A program made the position numbers and the translations under genes. From Octopus sinensis (taxonomy: Eukaryota), in assembly GCF_006345805.1 (NCBI RefSeq), contig NC_042999.1:167586001-167650000 (forward strand): DNA of 64,000 nucleotides. Reading direction: 5' to 3'. The number at the start of each line of letters is the position of its first letter. Positions within the stretch are counted from its first letter, which is position 1. The notes under the pieces are model-generated. The model did no database searches. It was not told where the DNA came from and saw only the letters and a list, made by a program, of their open reading frames with translations. Positions 63,928 to 64,000 of the stretch are shown here, one piece after another.

Positions 63928-64000
63928 AATACAGCTACAATATCCTTAACTGGACACGAAATGAACTGTCCAAAATAGATAGGAAAACAAGAAAAATACT
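63927..64000 (+). mobile_element. 5'-truncated R4/Dong-like LINE (post-RT region), running off the window
   Basis: QYSYNILNWTRNELSKIDRKTRKI matches the YS..I..W...EL..ID.KTRK motif. Confidence 0.75.

Overview
AT-rich, repeat-dense eukaryotic DNA with no complete host gene that I can support; it is probably intronic or intergenic. The tRNA-headed SINE families and the microsatellite load resemble octopus (coleoid cephalopod) DNA, which is inferred from recognition of the repeats and not from a search. Main content: (1) a near-complete Penelope-like element (RT plus GIY-YIG, Neptune-type Cys motif) at 16.1-20.5 kb with ~180-bp inverted terminal repeats; (2) an RTE-clade LINE 3' fragment at 13.8-14.6 kb with a 5' inversion of twin-priming type, a candidate 11-bp TSD and three C2H2 fingers; (3) several Tx1/L1-like, R4/Dong-like and CR1-like remnants; (4) three abundant SINE families; (5) many fold-back elements, tandem duplications and microsatellites. 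The most notable signal is about a dozen hammerhead-ribozyme (HHR) motifs. One is a fully canonical type I HHR at 13251-13298. The rest are minimal or variant HHRs with palindromic stem III, carried in Penelope termini and in small non-coding elements sitting in (TA)n tracts. Most ORFs in the supplied track are microsatellite translations. Coordinates of degenerate repeats are approximate.
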